Origin: the human T2T-CHM13v2.0 reference genome, Homo sapiens
DNA length: 64,000 bases
Direction: 5' to 3'
NCBI GenBank assembly: GCA_009914755.4
Contig: CP086569.2
Location: forward strand, 8,352,001 to 8,416,000
The first letter of the stretch is position 1; every line of letters starts with the position of its first letter. Shown here in pieces: positions 1 through 11,965 of the stretch. Below the pieces are notes generated by a model, which searched no databases, was not told the origin of the DNA, and saw only the letters and a program-made list of their open reading frames with translations. The translations under genes and the position numbers were made by a program.

Positions 1-1764
1 TTGCACCACTCCCACAGAAACATAGCCCGGCAATACCTGGGGCTACATGTTTCTGTAGGAAACCCCAACCTGGGAGAGAGCCACCCTAGGGAACACAGGC
101 GGGCTGTACGTAGAAATCAGAGTGGGTCAAATTTCAAAAAGACTCACCCTTACAATGCCTAGACAGGCCTGAGAAATTCTGCAAGCTTTTTAGTATACTT
201 AACCATTTCTCGATTTATTCCTGGGGGTGTGCTTGACATTTCTGCACGCTGACTTATGTCTGCCCTCTTGGGATTATGGGACTACCCCAACTTTCCCACA
301 GAGAAGACAGGCAGGAGTCTACTGCCGAAGCACCTCAGCGGAGGTATCCTTCTTTTCCAAAACGCAGGGACTTGGCTCTGGGCAACAAGGACATTAATTG
401 TGACGCTATGCAGAGCTCACAATCAAGCTTAGTGCCCTGGGACAATCGCATGCGCATTTGTGAGGCAGGATCTGATGTCGTTGGGTCTCCCTGGAGGAAG
501 AAGATTTTCAAGATTTTGAGGTTGTCCCTGGAAACTGTTTTCCTGACTTGATTCTCAAAAGAGTGCGTGTGTGATAATCGGGTACCATGGGGGTTGGAAT
601 ATAGCACAGTGTGTTGTTTAGGGTTCTTTGGGTGACAGAATCATACTTGAGACCCCAGAGGCAGATGTCAGCAAAAGATTCCCAGGCTCACTGCCTCCTT
701 TTATCCTGGGACTTTAAGAGGCTCTCTGGGAAATGAGGGAACCACAACAAAGGCAAGTCCAAAGTGGAGCAGTGTTCACATATCTCTTATTGTCCACTAA
801 TGGGTACAGATGAGGTTTGTCTCAGATGCCATCTGCAGTGATGGAGTGATGGCAAGCCTGAAAGGGGTGTCCAGTAGTGCAGTTGAGGAGCACTTTGGAT
901 TCCCCATGAAGGCAAAAAAAATAATCAAGGCTCACATGAGAGTATGAGCAGCCTTGTGCTAGAGTCCAAGCAATGTTCAGTGATTTCTGTCAGAAGACCC
1001 AAAAGCCTCCTACAAAGTGCCAACGTTCTCAGCCCCAACAAAGAGAGAAAGACCCACAATCTAGAGTGCAGCCAGGAAGTCCATTTTGCTCTCTGAAATT
1101 ACTAGCAGCTACATAATCTGTGGCAAGAGGAAGTCCCATCCAGCCACAGTTCAATGAAAGAGCCTTTCAAAAATGAGAAGGCTGTGCAGATAAAATGAAA
1201 TAGAGTCTAGATTACCGGGTAAAACCCTAACACAGCTGCCTGCTTCTCATCCTACAGGAATCATGCACCCCTCTGATAAATGTGAGAGAACAACTTTTTT
1301 GTTGTTGTTGTTGTTTTACTGTAACAGGAATATAAAGTTTTAAAAGTATTAAAGGTCCCTGTCATTAAAATGTGACAGTGTTTAGAAGGAACAACTCATG
1401 CAATGGATTTCTATCAGGGTCATTCTCTGTGAACTGGAACATATTTAGAGTAGAATTCATTGGGCCAGACCCAAGAAACCCTAAGGTGAGGACATTAATG
1501 TAAGTCATGAAAAGAAGCAGCATTTATGGAAGCCACATCACACCCAGCATCAGTTGATTCCACTCATATTTGCCTCCCAGTATGAAAGGCCTCAAATCAC
1601 CAGTTTCCCAGGTTGGCCCCAATTTGCATTCCAAATGTTACTTGTGCATTGGAGTACTCCCACCTGAACACTGAGCCATGGTGTGGACTGCTTATGCAAT
1701 TAAAGGAGTGGGGAATGGATTTGGAAGCACTTCCTTGTCATCTGTCTTTATTTTTTTTTTGTAG
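1..1764 (+). repeat. Unit U0 (partial; window starts mid-unit, in the segment just 3' of the unit's (CA)n position)
   Basis: It aligns by eye to the 3' ~1.75 kb of later units (..cccacagaaacatagcc..gtttcaaaaagactcaccc..cttcaggctggctcatgtctgccc.. through ..tgcaattaagg..). Confidence 0.7.
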
Positions 1765-1926
1765 GTGAAGTTGCAGCACCCCATCCATCCCTCAAGAGAT
1801 TGTATCATCACCCCTATCTGACCTTATTTCTGCTCACACTTTATGTCCCAAGATGAAATCCCAAAACGATGGAGGAGTGCCCCTTCAGGACATGAAGCAC
1901 CTGCTCAGCTGGGAACTGAATCTGAG
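1765..1926 (+). other. Exon-like module (example 1): ~160 nt segment flanked by a polypyrimidine tract + AG acceptor and a GT donor; it recurs once per unit
   Basis: ..ttttttttttgtag|GTGAAG...GAACTGAATCTGAG|gtaaattcaaggg. There is no open frame through the module in any of the three + frames of the consensus. Status as a real exon is unproven. Confidence 0.3.
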
Positions 1927-4079
1927 GTAAATTCAAGGGACCCTGCTGACAGGACTCCTTTGTTGGCCTTTCCCTGTGTTGGCCATAGGACTATGAGACA
2001 CCGGAAGATGTCTGTCTTTTGCTGTGGTGTGCTCCACTTCTCTCTAAAACAGTGACTTCTTTTAGCAGAGAGAGTTGATATGGATGCCAGTAGTCCCAGC
2101 CTGTCTCCCAATTCACTGAGTATTCATGATCCATATAAAAATAAAGTACATGGAGGCCTGCAGCCCAAGCAGAGCCACATCAACAGGCCACTGAAAAGTG
2201 GGGAGATTCAAAAAAAAAGTGCTGAAGTGTGATAGCCACATTTCTTTAAGCAGACTACACTTACAGGTGCATGCTCACAGACACACACACACAAAGACAC
2301 AAACACAAAATACCTCACACATATGCACACACCTGGCATTCTCAATACTCCCATAGAAACCAACAGCCCAGGAGCTCTGGATGCTGCATGGTCCTACAGG
2401 AAGCCCCACCTGGAGAGAGCAACCCTGAGTACACAGGGCAGGCTGTACCTAGAAATTACAGTAGGGAAAGTTTCAAAAAGAATCACCCCCTGCACTGTCT
2501 AGGCAGGCCTGAGGAATCCTGAGGATCTTCTTGGATCCTTGGGAATTTTGCAGTTTATTCCTGGGACTCTGCTTGATGTTTCTTCAGGCTGGCTTATGTC
2601 TGCCCGCTTGTAGGACAATGGGACAATCCTGTGGATCCCACAGAGAAGACAGGAGAGAGTCCATCACTGATGCAAGTCCAGAAAGGTCTCTATTTCTGCC
2701 AAGACTCAGGGACTTGTTGCTAGGCAATGCTGATATTCATTGTGATGCCAGCCAGAGCTCACAATCAGGCCAGGTGCCCTGAGACTAGCACATGCACATG
2801 CGTGAGGTAGGCTGATGCCCCTGGCTATCAGAGCTGTCAGCCTGTCTAAGCAGAGAAAAATGGTACAGGCAGAACCTGCCTGGTATTGGGAAACAAGCTG
2901 CCTGTGACCACCTACTGTGGGACACTAATCATCTAGACATCAGGGCCCCTTCTGGCTGTCTCTGTTGTCGGGTCTCACTGGAGGAGGAGGTGTTTTGAGA
3001 CTGTGAGGTCATCACTAGAAACTGCTCTTCTGACTCTAGTCCCAAAAGAGGCTGTGTGCAAGAATCAGGTCCCATGTGAATGGGAATATAGTCTGGTGTC
3101 TTGTAGAGCCTTGCTGGGTGATAGAATCATATCTGAGACCCCAGAGGTAAGTGTCAGCAAAAGATGGCCAGCTCTTGACCAGAAGACTCCCTTGATCCTG
3201 GGCCTCACAGAGACTCTCTGAAAAAAGCAGGAACCATGACAAATGCAAGTCCAAGCTGGAACAGTGTTCTCAAACCCCGGAGTGGCTTCTCACATGTGCT
3301 GATGAAGTGGAGGCAGTGTCTCACAGTACTGCAAAGTGCAAATAACCTCAGCCTCCACAAGGAGACAATGAGCCACAATCTGGAACACATCCATCCTACC
3401 CAAAGTCCCTTTTGTTCTCTGAAATCGTGGGCAAATAAATAATATGTGGATACAGGCAGCCCCATCCAGCAACAGCTCAATTAAAAATTCCCTCCACATT
3501 AAGATGGCCATGCAGATGAAATGAGACAGAATCTAGATTAGCAGGCAAAGGACAGACATGGCTGCCTGCTTCTCATCCTACAGGAATCATGCAGCCCTTG
3601 GATAGAAATAGGATAAAAAGTTTCCTTGTTTGAGGCTATAACGGGAATTTAAGGATTTAAAAGTATCAAGGCAGCCCAGTCATTAAAATGTGACAGAGTT
3701 TAAAAGGAAACACTCAGGCAATGGATTCCCACAAAGGATGCTCCCTGTTAACTTGGTAACGTTTACTGTGGCAGTCATTGAACCAGAACCAGCAAACCCT
3801 AGGGCAAAGAGAATCATAGAAGTCTGGAAAAGCAGAGACAAGTCTGGAAGTCACATCCCTCCCAGCATCAATTGATTCCACTCACATTTGCCTCTGGGTA
3901 TGAAAGACCTTAAAATGGCAGTTTGCCAGGATGGCCCCAGTTTGAATTCCAAATATTCCGTGTTCGTTGGAGTACTCTCACCTGAACACTGAGCCACGGT
4001 GTGGACTGCTTGTGCAATTAGGTGGGGATGGATTTGGAAGCACCTTCAGTGTCATCTGTGTTTATTTTTATTTTGGCAG
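1765..4079 (+). repeat. Unit U1 (~2315 bp)
   Basis: Boundary placed at the conserved ..tttttgtag|GTGAAGTTGCAG.. motif. The full set of sub-segments is present. Confidence 0.65.
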
Positions 4080-6644
4080 ATGAAGTTGTGGGACCCCATC
4101 CACCCCTCACCAGATTGTATCCTCACCCCTATCTGACCTTTTTCCTGCTGACACTCCTTGTCCCAGGATGAAATCTTAAAATGATGGAGAAGTGAGGCTT
4201 CATGAGGTGAAACATCTGCTCGACAGGGAACTCAAGTCGAGGTAAATTCAAGGGGCCCTGCCAACAGAACTCCTTGTGTTGGACTCTCCCTGTGTTAGCC
4301 ATAGGGCTATAAAACATGGAAAGACGTGGGGTTTTTGGCGTGGTGTGCTCGTCTTCTTTCTAGAACAGTGGTTTGTTTTTTTTTGTTTGTTTGTTTTTTT
4401 TGGTTTTTTTTGTTGTTGTTGTTGTTTTGGTTTTTTTTTTTTTTTTTTTTTTGCAGAAGCAGCTGATTTGGATGCTAGCAGTTTCCAGCCTGTTTCCCAA
4501 TTCACTGCAGATTCATGATCCACATAAAAATAAAGAACAAGGAGCCCTGCATCCCAAGGAGACCTACATAGACAGGCCACCAAAACATGGTGAGACTTAA
4601 AAACAGAAGTGCTGAAGTAAGTTAGCCACATTCCTTTAAGCAGACTACATTTACATGCACACACACACAAATACAAAAACACACAATGCCTCACACATAT
4701 GCACACATCCGACATTCACAATTCTCCCACAGAAACACACAGCCCACCAGCTCCTGAGGCTGTGTGGTTCTGCAAGAAGCCCCATCTGAAAGAGAGCAAC
4801 CCCAGTTAACAGTCAGGCTATACCTAGAAATCACAGCAGACCAAGTTTCAAAAATATTCACCCCTGCAACATCTAGGCATGCCTGAGGAATTCTGCAGAT
4901 TTTTTGGATCCTTAGAGTTTTGTAGCTTATTCCTGGTGCTTTGCCTGATGTTTCTTCAGTGTGGCTCATGTCTTCTATTTTCTAGGACAATGGGACCATC
5001 CCGTGGATCTCACAGATAAGACAGGGCAGAGTCCACACTGACACACCTCCACGGAGGTCTCCATCTCTGCCAATTAGCAGGGACTTGTCGCTAGGCAATG
5101 CTGACATTCATTGTGACTCTAGCCAGAACTCACAATCAAGTCAGGTGCCCTGAGAATACCACATGCCCATTTATGAGGTAGGCTAGGGTCCCTGGCTGTT
5201 GGAGCTGTCAGCCTGACTAAATAGAGGAAAATGTACCAGGAAAAGCTGGCCCAGTATCCTGAAACAGGCTGTCTGTGAAAACCCACTGCAGGACACTAAA
5301 AGTCTAGACTAATATCCCCTTCTGGCCACCTCCGTGGTCAGGCCCCACTGGAGGAGGAGGTGTTTAAAGAATGTGAGTTGGTCGCTGGAAACTGCTGCTC
5401 TGATTCCAGTCCCAAAAGAGGCTGTGTGCAAAAATCAGGTTCCATGTGGATTGGAATACTGTCTGGTGTATTGTGTGGTGTTCTTTGGGTGATAGAATCA
5501 TATCTGAGACCCGAGAGGCAGGTGTCAGTGACAGATGGCCAGGCTCTTGACCTCAATGCCTCCTGTGATCCTAGGCCTCACAGGGGCTCTCTGGGTGAAA
5601 CAGGAACCATTACAAATTCAAGCCCAAGATGGAACAGTGTTCTCATACCTCGGACTGGCCTCTCTTGGGTACAGATGAGGTTGAATCCATGTCTCAGAGT
5701 CCATCTGTGGCCATGGCAAGCCTGAAAAAGGTGCCCAGTAGTGCTATTGAGGGGCACTGTGGATTCCCCATAAAAGTAAAGAAAAATCAAGACTTGTCTG
5801 AGAGAACAAGCTAACTTATTCAACTTGTTCTGGAGTCCAAGCCATGTTCCATGATTCTTGTCAGAGTAACAGAAAGCCTCCTGCAAAGTGCAAACAATCT
5901 CAGCACCTGCAAGGAGACAATGACCCACGACTTGAAAACCAGCCAGCCTATCCAAACTCCCTTTCATTCTCTGAAGTCCCTGACAGATAAATAGTCTAGG
6001 GTGATAGGCATTCCCATCCAGCAACAGCTCAATAAAAAATCCCCTCCACATTGAGACGGTAGTGCAGATTAAATGAAACAGAGGTTAGATCAGCAGGCAA
6101 AGGCCAGGCATGGCTGCCTGCTTCTCATTCTACAGGAATCATGCTGCCCTTTGATAGAAATGGGAGACAAAGTTTCCTTGTTTGTGACTGTAATGGGAAT
6201 TTATGGTTTTAAAATTATTGAAGTTGCCCAGTCATTAAAACATGACAGTGTTTAGAAGGAAACACTCAGGCAATGGATTCCTATGAGGGACACGCCCCAT
6301 CAACTGGGTAATGTTTAGTGTGGAAGTAGTTGAGCCAGAAGCAGGAAGCAATATGGCAACGAGAATCATGGAAGTCTAAAAAAAAAGAAAAAATGAGGCA
6401 AGTCTGGTGGTCACATACCATCCAGCATCAATCCATTCCACTTTTATTTGGCTCCAGGTATGAGAGTGCTTGTATGAGATGTTTGCCAGTATGGCCTGAA
6501 TTTGCACTCCAAATCTTCCTAGAGTGTTGGAATACTCTCACCTGAATATCAGGCCATGGTGTGGACTGCTTGTACAATTAAGGGAATGCGAGGATGAAGC
6601 TGGAAGCACCTTCTGTGTCATCTTTTTTATTTTTATTTTTGCAG
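4080..6644 (+). repeat. Unit U2 (~2565 bp; expanded T-rich tract)
   Basis: Boundary motif ..ttttggcag|ATGAAGTTGTGGGACCCCATCCACCCCTCACCAG. The extra length is explained by the ~80 nt T/TTG-rich tract at 4371-4452. Confidence 0.65.
4371..4452 (+). repeat. T-rich/(TTG)n/(T)n microsatellite (~80 nt), at the unit's variable pyrimidine tract
   Basis: gtttgtttttttttgtttgtttgtttttttttggttttttttgttgttgttgttgttttggttttttttttttttttttttttttgcag. Confidence 0.9.
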
Positions 6645-9110
6645 GTGAAGTTGTGGGTTCACATACACCCCTCACCAGACTTTATCCTCACCCCTATCTT
6701 ACCTTATTGCTGTTCACACTCTAGTTCCTGGGATGAAATCCCAAGATGATGGAGAATTGCCCCCTCATGACATGAAACACCTGCTCCAGTGGGAACAAAA
6801 CTCGATGTAAAGTCAAGGGGCCCAACGGACTGGACTGCTAGTGTTTGTCCCTGGTTTGGCCACAGGACAATGAAACACTTGAAGATGTCTCTTTTTTGGT
6901 GTGGTGTGCAGCTGCTTTTTCTAGAAGAGTGGCTTTTATTTTTTATTTATTTATTTATTTTAGCAGTGGGAGGTGATGTAAGTAAACACCTGCAGGTCTC
7001 AGGCCGCCTCCCAATTTACAGTAGATTTATGATCCACATAAAAATAATAAACAAGGAGCCCCACAGCTCAAGCCAAGCCGCATGGACAGGTCATCAACTA
7101 AAGGGTTGGTGACTCAAAAAAAAAAAAAAGGAAGAAGTGATTACACACACACACACACACATACACGATGCCACACAGACATGCGGACATTCAACATTAG
7201 CAACTCTCTGACAGAAACACAGCCCAGCAACTCCCTTGGCTGTGTGTTTCTGCAGGAAACCCCACCTCAAGAGAGCCAACCTAAGGTACAGAGGCAGGCT
7301 AGAAATCTGACTGTGGCAAGTTTCAAAAAGACTCATATCTACAACCCCTAGGCAGGCCAAGGAATCCTGCAGATTTTTTGTGTCCTTAATGATTCCACAA
7401 TTTATTCCTGGGGTTGTATTTGACGTTTCTTCAGGCTGGCTCTTGTCTGCCCTCTCTTGGGATCATGGAACTATCCCATCTATCCCAAAGAAGATAGGCA
7501 AGAGTTCGCAGCCAATGCAACTCAACGGAAGTGACCTTCTCCTCCAAGCCACAGAGACTTGGCACCAGGCAACAATAACATCAATTGTGATGCTACCCAG
7601 GGCTCACAAACAGTCCTGGTGCCCTGAGACTAGTGCATGTGCATTCGTGAGGCAGGATCTGGTGCCAGGCTTCAGAGCTTTCAGCCTGCCTAAGCAGTGG
7701 GAAATGGTATGGGCAGAGCCAGCCTGGCATAGGGCAAAAGGTGGCCTGTGAAAACCCACTATGGGACACTAAACTTCTCGACCTCAGGGCCCCTTCAGAC
7801 CATTTACATGGTCGGGTCTCACAGGAGGAGAAAATATTTTGAGACTCTGAGGTGGTCACTGGAAAAGCTTCTTCTGACTTCATTTCCAAAAAAGGCTGTG
7901 TGTGAGAATCTGGTTCCACAGAGATTGGAATATAGTACCGTATTGGAATTGTTGTGTTGTTGAAGGTTCTTTGGGTGATAGAATCATACCTGAGACCACA
8001 TGTGTGGATGTCAGTGAAAGATGGCTGGGCTCTTGACCTCACCATCTCCATTCATCCTTGACATCACAGAGGCTTTCTGGGAAATGTAGGAGCCACGACG
8101 AAGGGAAGTTCAATGCAGAATCATGTTCTCACATCTCATATCATCCTCTAACAGTTACAGATAAGGTTTAGACAGTGTTTCAGATGCCGTCTGTAGAGAC
8201 GGCAAGCATGTAAATAATGTCCATTAGTTCTGTTGAGGGGCATTTTCGATTCCTGTGAGAGGGAAGAAAAATCAAGGCTCACCTGAAGGAAACAGCTGCC
8301 TTGTGCTGGAGTCCATGCAATGTTCAGTGATTTCTTTCAGAAGACCCAAAAGCCTTCAGAAAAGTGCAAACGTCAGCCCCTGCTATGAGACAACGATCCA
8401 CAACCTGGAGCACAGACTGATTAATAAAAGTCCCTTTTCCTCTCTGAAATCTCTGGCAGCTACATAATCTGTGGCAAGAGACAGTCCCATTGAGCAACAC
8501 TTCAATGAATGCACCCCTCCAAATTGAGAAGGCCATGAAGATGAAATGAAATAGTCTAGATTCCCAGGTAAAAGACTGACACAACTGCCTGCTTCTCATC
8601 CAAAAGAAATCATGCAGCTCTTCAATATGTAAGAGAGAACAAGTTTCCTTTTGGTGGCTGTAATGGGAATATACAGTTTTGAATGTATCAAACTTTCCAG
8701 TCATTAAAGCATGACAGTGTTTAGAAGGAAACATTCATGCAATAGATTAACATGAGTGTTGTTATCCATGAACTGGGAAATATTAAGTATTGAAGTCGTT
8801 AGGCCAGACCCAGGAAACCCTAGGACAATGAGAATCATGGAAGTTCTAAAAAGAAGAGGCAAGTCTTAAAGCCACATCCCACAAAGCATCAATCCATTCC
8901 ACTCACATTTGGCTTCAAGTATGAAAGGCCCCAAATCCTCAGTTTGCCAGGATAGCCCCAATTTGCACTTCAAATGTTACTTGTACATTGGAGTACTCCC
9001 ACCTGAACACTGAGCCAGGTTGTGGACTGCTTGTGCAATTAAGAGAATGGGGGGTGGATGTGGAAGCACCTTCTGTGTCATCTGTCTTTATTTATTTATT
9101 TATTTTGCAG
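6645..9110 (+). repeat. Unit U3 (~2466 bp)
   Basis: Boundary motif ..tttttgcag|GTGAAGTTGTGGG..; contains a (TTTA)n tract and (CA)n at 7143-7160. Confidence 0.65.
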
Positions 9111-9398
9111 ATGAAGTTGCAAGACATCTTCTACCCCTCAACAGACTGTATCTTCACCTCTATCTGACCTTATTGCTGCTCACATTATTTGTCTCAAGAT
9201 AAAATCCCAAAACTCTGGAGGGGTGCTGCCTCACAAGATGCATCACCTGCTCAGTTGGGAACCAAATTTGAGGTAAATTCAAGGTGCCCTGCTGACAGGA
9301 CTGCTGTGTCTCTTCCTGTGTTGGCCTTAGGGATATGAAACACAGAGACATGTCTGTTTTTTTTTAATATGGTGTGCTCCTCTTATTTCTAGAACAGT

Positions 9399-9446
9399 TT
9401 TTGTTGTTGTTGTTGTTGTTTGTTTTGTTGTTTTTGTTTTTTCTTC
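9399..9446 (+). repeat. (TTG)n / T-rich microsatellite
   Basis: tttttgttgttgttgttgttgtttgttttgttgtttttgttttttc. Confidence 0.9.
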
Positions 9447-9694
9447 AGAGGGAGTTTATTTGGATGCTAGCGATTCCAGACTTACATCCTAATTCACTGC
9501 AGATTCATGATCCACATAAAAATAAAGAACACAGAGCAGTGAAGACCATGCAGAGTCACACAGACAGGCCACCAAAAGGTGTGGAGACTTATAAAAAAAG
9601 AAGTGCTGAAGTGCGTTAGCCACATTTTTTTAAGCAGATTCCAGTAACAGACAGACACACACACACAGAAGACACAAAAACATAATGCCTCTCT

Positions 9695-9715
9695 CACACA
9701 CACACACACACACAC
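9695..9715 (+). repeat. (CA)n microsatellite
   Basis: cacacacacacacacacacac; degenerate (CA)-rich sequence extends from ~9655. Confidence 0.9.
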
Positions 9716-11920
9716 GTCAGACATTTGGAACATTCCCATAGAAACACTCAGCCTGGCATCTTGTGATGTGGCGTGGTTCTGCAGGAAGCCCCATCTGGGA
9801 GAGAATAACCCTGAGAAACATAGACGGGCTGCTCCTAGAAATAATAGTAGGGTAATTTTCATAATGACTCACACCTACAATGTCTAGGCAGGCTTAATAA
9901 CCCTGCAGATCTTCTCAGATCCTTAGCAATTTTGTGGTTTATTCCTGGGGCTCTGCTTGACATTCAGGCTGGCTCATGTATACTTCTTCTTAGAACAATG
10001 GGACAATCCCATGGATCCCACAGAGAAGACAGGGGAGAATTCACCACTGACACACCTCTACGGAGGTCTCTATCTCTGCCAAGCCACAGGGAATTTTCAC
10101 TACGCAAGAGTGGCATTCATTGTGACACTAACAAGAGCTGACAATCAGGCCAGGTGCCCTGGGACTAGCACATGCACATTCATGAGGTAGGCTAGAGCCC
10201 CTGGCTGACAGAGCCGTCAGCATGCCTAAGCAGAGAAAAATGTTACAGGCAAAGCCGGCCTGGTGTCAGAAAACAGGCCGCCTGTGAAAACCCACTGTCA
10301 GACACTAAAAGTCTAGATCTCAGGACCTATTCTGACCATCTCCATGGTAAGGTCTCACTGGAGGAGGAGCTGTTTTGAGGCTGTGAAGTGGTCGCTAGAA
10401 AGTACTCTTCTGACTCCATTCCCAAAAGAGGCTGTGTGCAATAATCGGGTCCCCTGTGGATTGAAATACAGTCTGGTGTAGTGTAGAGGGTTCCTTGGGT
10501 GATAGAATCATACCTGAGGCCACAGAAGTGGGTGTCAACAAAAGATGGCCAGGCTCTTTATCTCAATGACTCCCTTGATCCTGGTCCTCACCAGGACTAT
10601 CTGGGAAAAGCAGAAACCAAGACAAATGCAAGTCCAATGTGGAGCAGTGTTCTCATACTGTGAACTGGCCTCTCACAGATAAAGATGAGTTTGAGTCAGT
10701 ACCTCAGAGTCCACCTGTGGCCATGGCAAGCCTGAAAAGTGTGTCCAGTAGTGCTGTTGAGGGGCACTGTGGATTCCTCTTGAAAGCATAGAAAAGTCAA
10801 GGCTCACCTGAGAGAATGAGCTAAATTGTTCTGGAGTCCAAGCAAAATTCAATGATTCCTGTTAAAGGGCCCAAAACCTCCTGCAATGTGCAAACCACTT
10901 CAGCCCCCACAAGGAAACAACAACCGCAACCTGGAATGCAGCCAGCCTATCCAAGATCCCTTCCACTCTCTGAAATTCCTGACAGCTAAATAATCTGTTG
11001 CTAGAGGCAGTCCCATCAAGCAACAGCTCAATGAAAGAGCCCCTCCACAATGAAACGGCCATGTAGATGCAATGATAGAGGCTAGATTACCAGGCAATGG
11101 ACAGATATGCCTGCCTCCTTCGCATCCTACAGAAATCGTGCAGCCCTTAGATAGAAATAGGAGACAACATTTACTTGTTTGTGGCTCTAATGGGTATTTA
11201 TAGTTTTAAAAGTATCAAAGCTTCCCAGTCATTAGAATTTGACAATGTTTAGAAGGAAACACTCAGGCAATGGATTTCCATTTGTGTTGCTCCCTGTTAA
11301 CTGGGTAACGTTTATTGCTGAATTCCTTGAGCTAGAATCAGGAAACCCTAGGGTGATCAGAATCACGGAAGTTAGAAAAAGAATAGGAAAGTCTGTAAGC
11401 CACATCCCACCAAGAATCAATTCATTCCACTTCCATTTGGCTATGGGTATGAAAGCCCTCAAATCGGGAGTTTGCCATGAAGGTCCCTATTTGCACTCCT
11501 AATGTTCCTAGCATGTTAGAGTACTCTCACCTGAACACCGGCCCATAGAGTGGACTGCTTGTGCAATTAAGTGAGTGCGGAGATGGAGTTGGAATCACCT
11601 TCTGTGTCATCTGTCTTTATTTATTTATTTTGAAGTTAAAGTTGCAGGACCAGATACACCCCTCATCAGATTTTATCCTCACTTCTTTCTGAACTTATTC
11701 CTGCTCACACTATATATCCCAGTATAAAATCCCAAGATGATGAAAGGGTGCCCCTCATGATGTGAAGCTCCTGCTTGGCTGGGAACCGAATTCAATGTAA
11801 ATTCAAGGGGCCCTATGGACAGGAATGCTAGAGTCTCTCCCTGGTTTGGCTGCAGGACAATGAAATACTGGGAGATGTCTGTTTTTTGGTGTGGTGTGCT
11901 TCTCTTCTTTCTAGAATTGT

Positions 11921-11924
<4 letters not shown>

Positions 11925-11963
<39 letters not shown>
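11925..11963 (+). repeat. Poly(T) run, T39
   Basis: An uninterrupted T run between ..ctagaattgtgga and gcagagggagg. Confidence 0.95.

Positions 11964-11965
<2 letters not shown>

Larger units (their letters stand above)
9111..11630 (+). repeat. Unit U4 (~2520 bp)
   Basis: Boundary motif ..tattttgcag|ATGAAGTTGCAAG..; (TTG)n tract at 9399-9446 and (CA)n at 9695-9715. Confidence 0.65.

Noticed and set aside
2120-2140. In-frame ATG inside the exon-like module (..ATGAAATCCCAAGATGATGGAGGAGTGCCCC.., giving MKSQDDGGVPPHDMKHLLSWEPNS..), a possible start of a spliced coding exon
   Set aside because: The peptide would be about 25 aa to the donor. The frame and the ATG are not preserved across units (for example ATAAAATCC, ATGAAATTCC, ACAAAATCACAAG variants), and no downstream coding continuation is identifiable.
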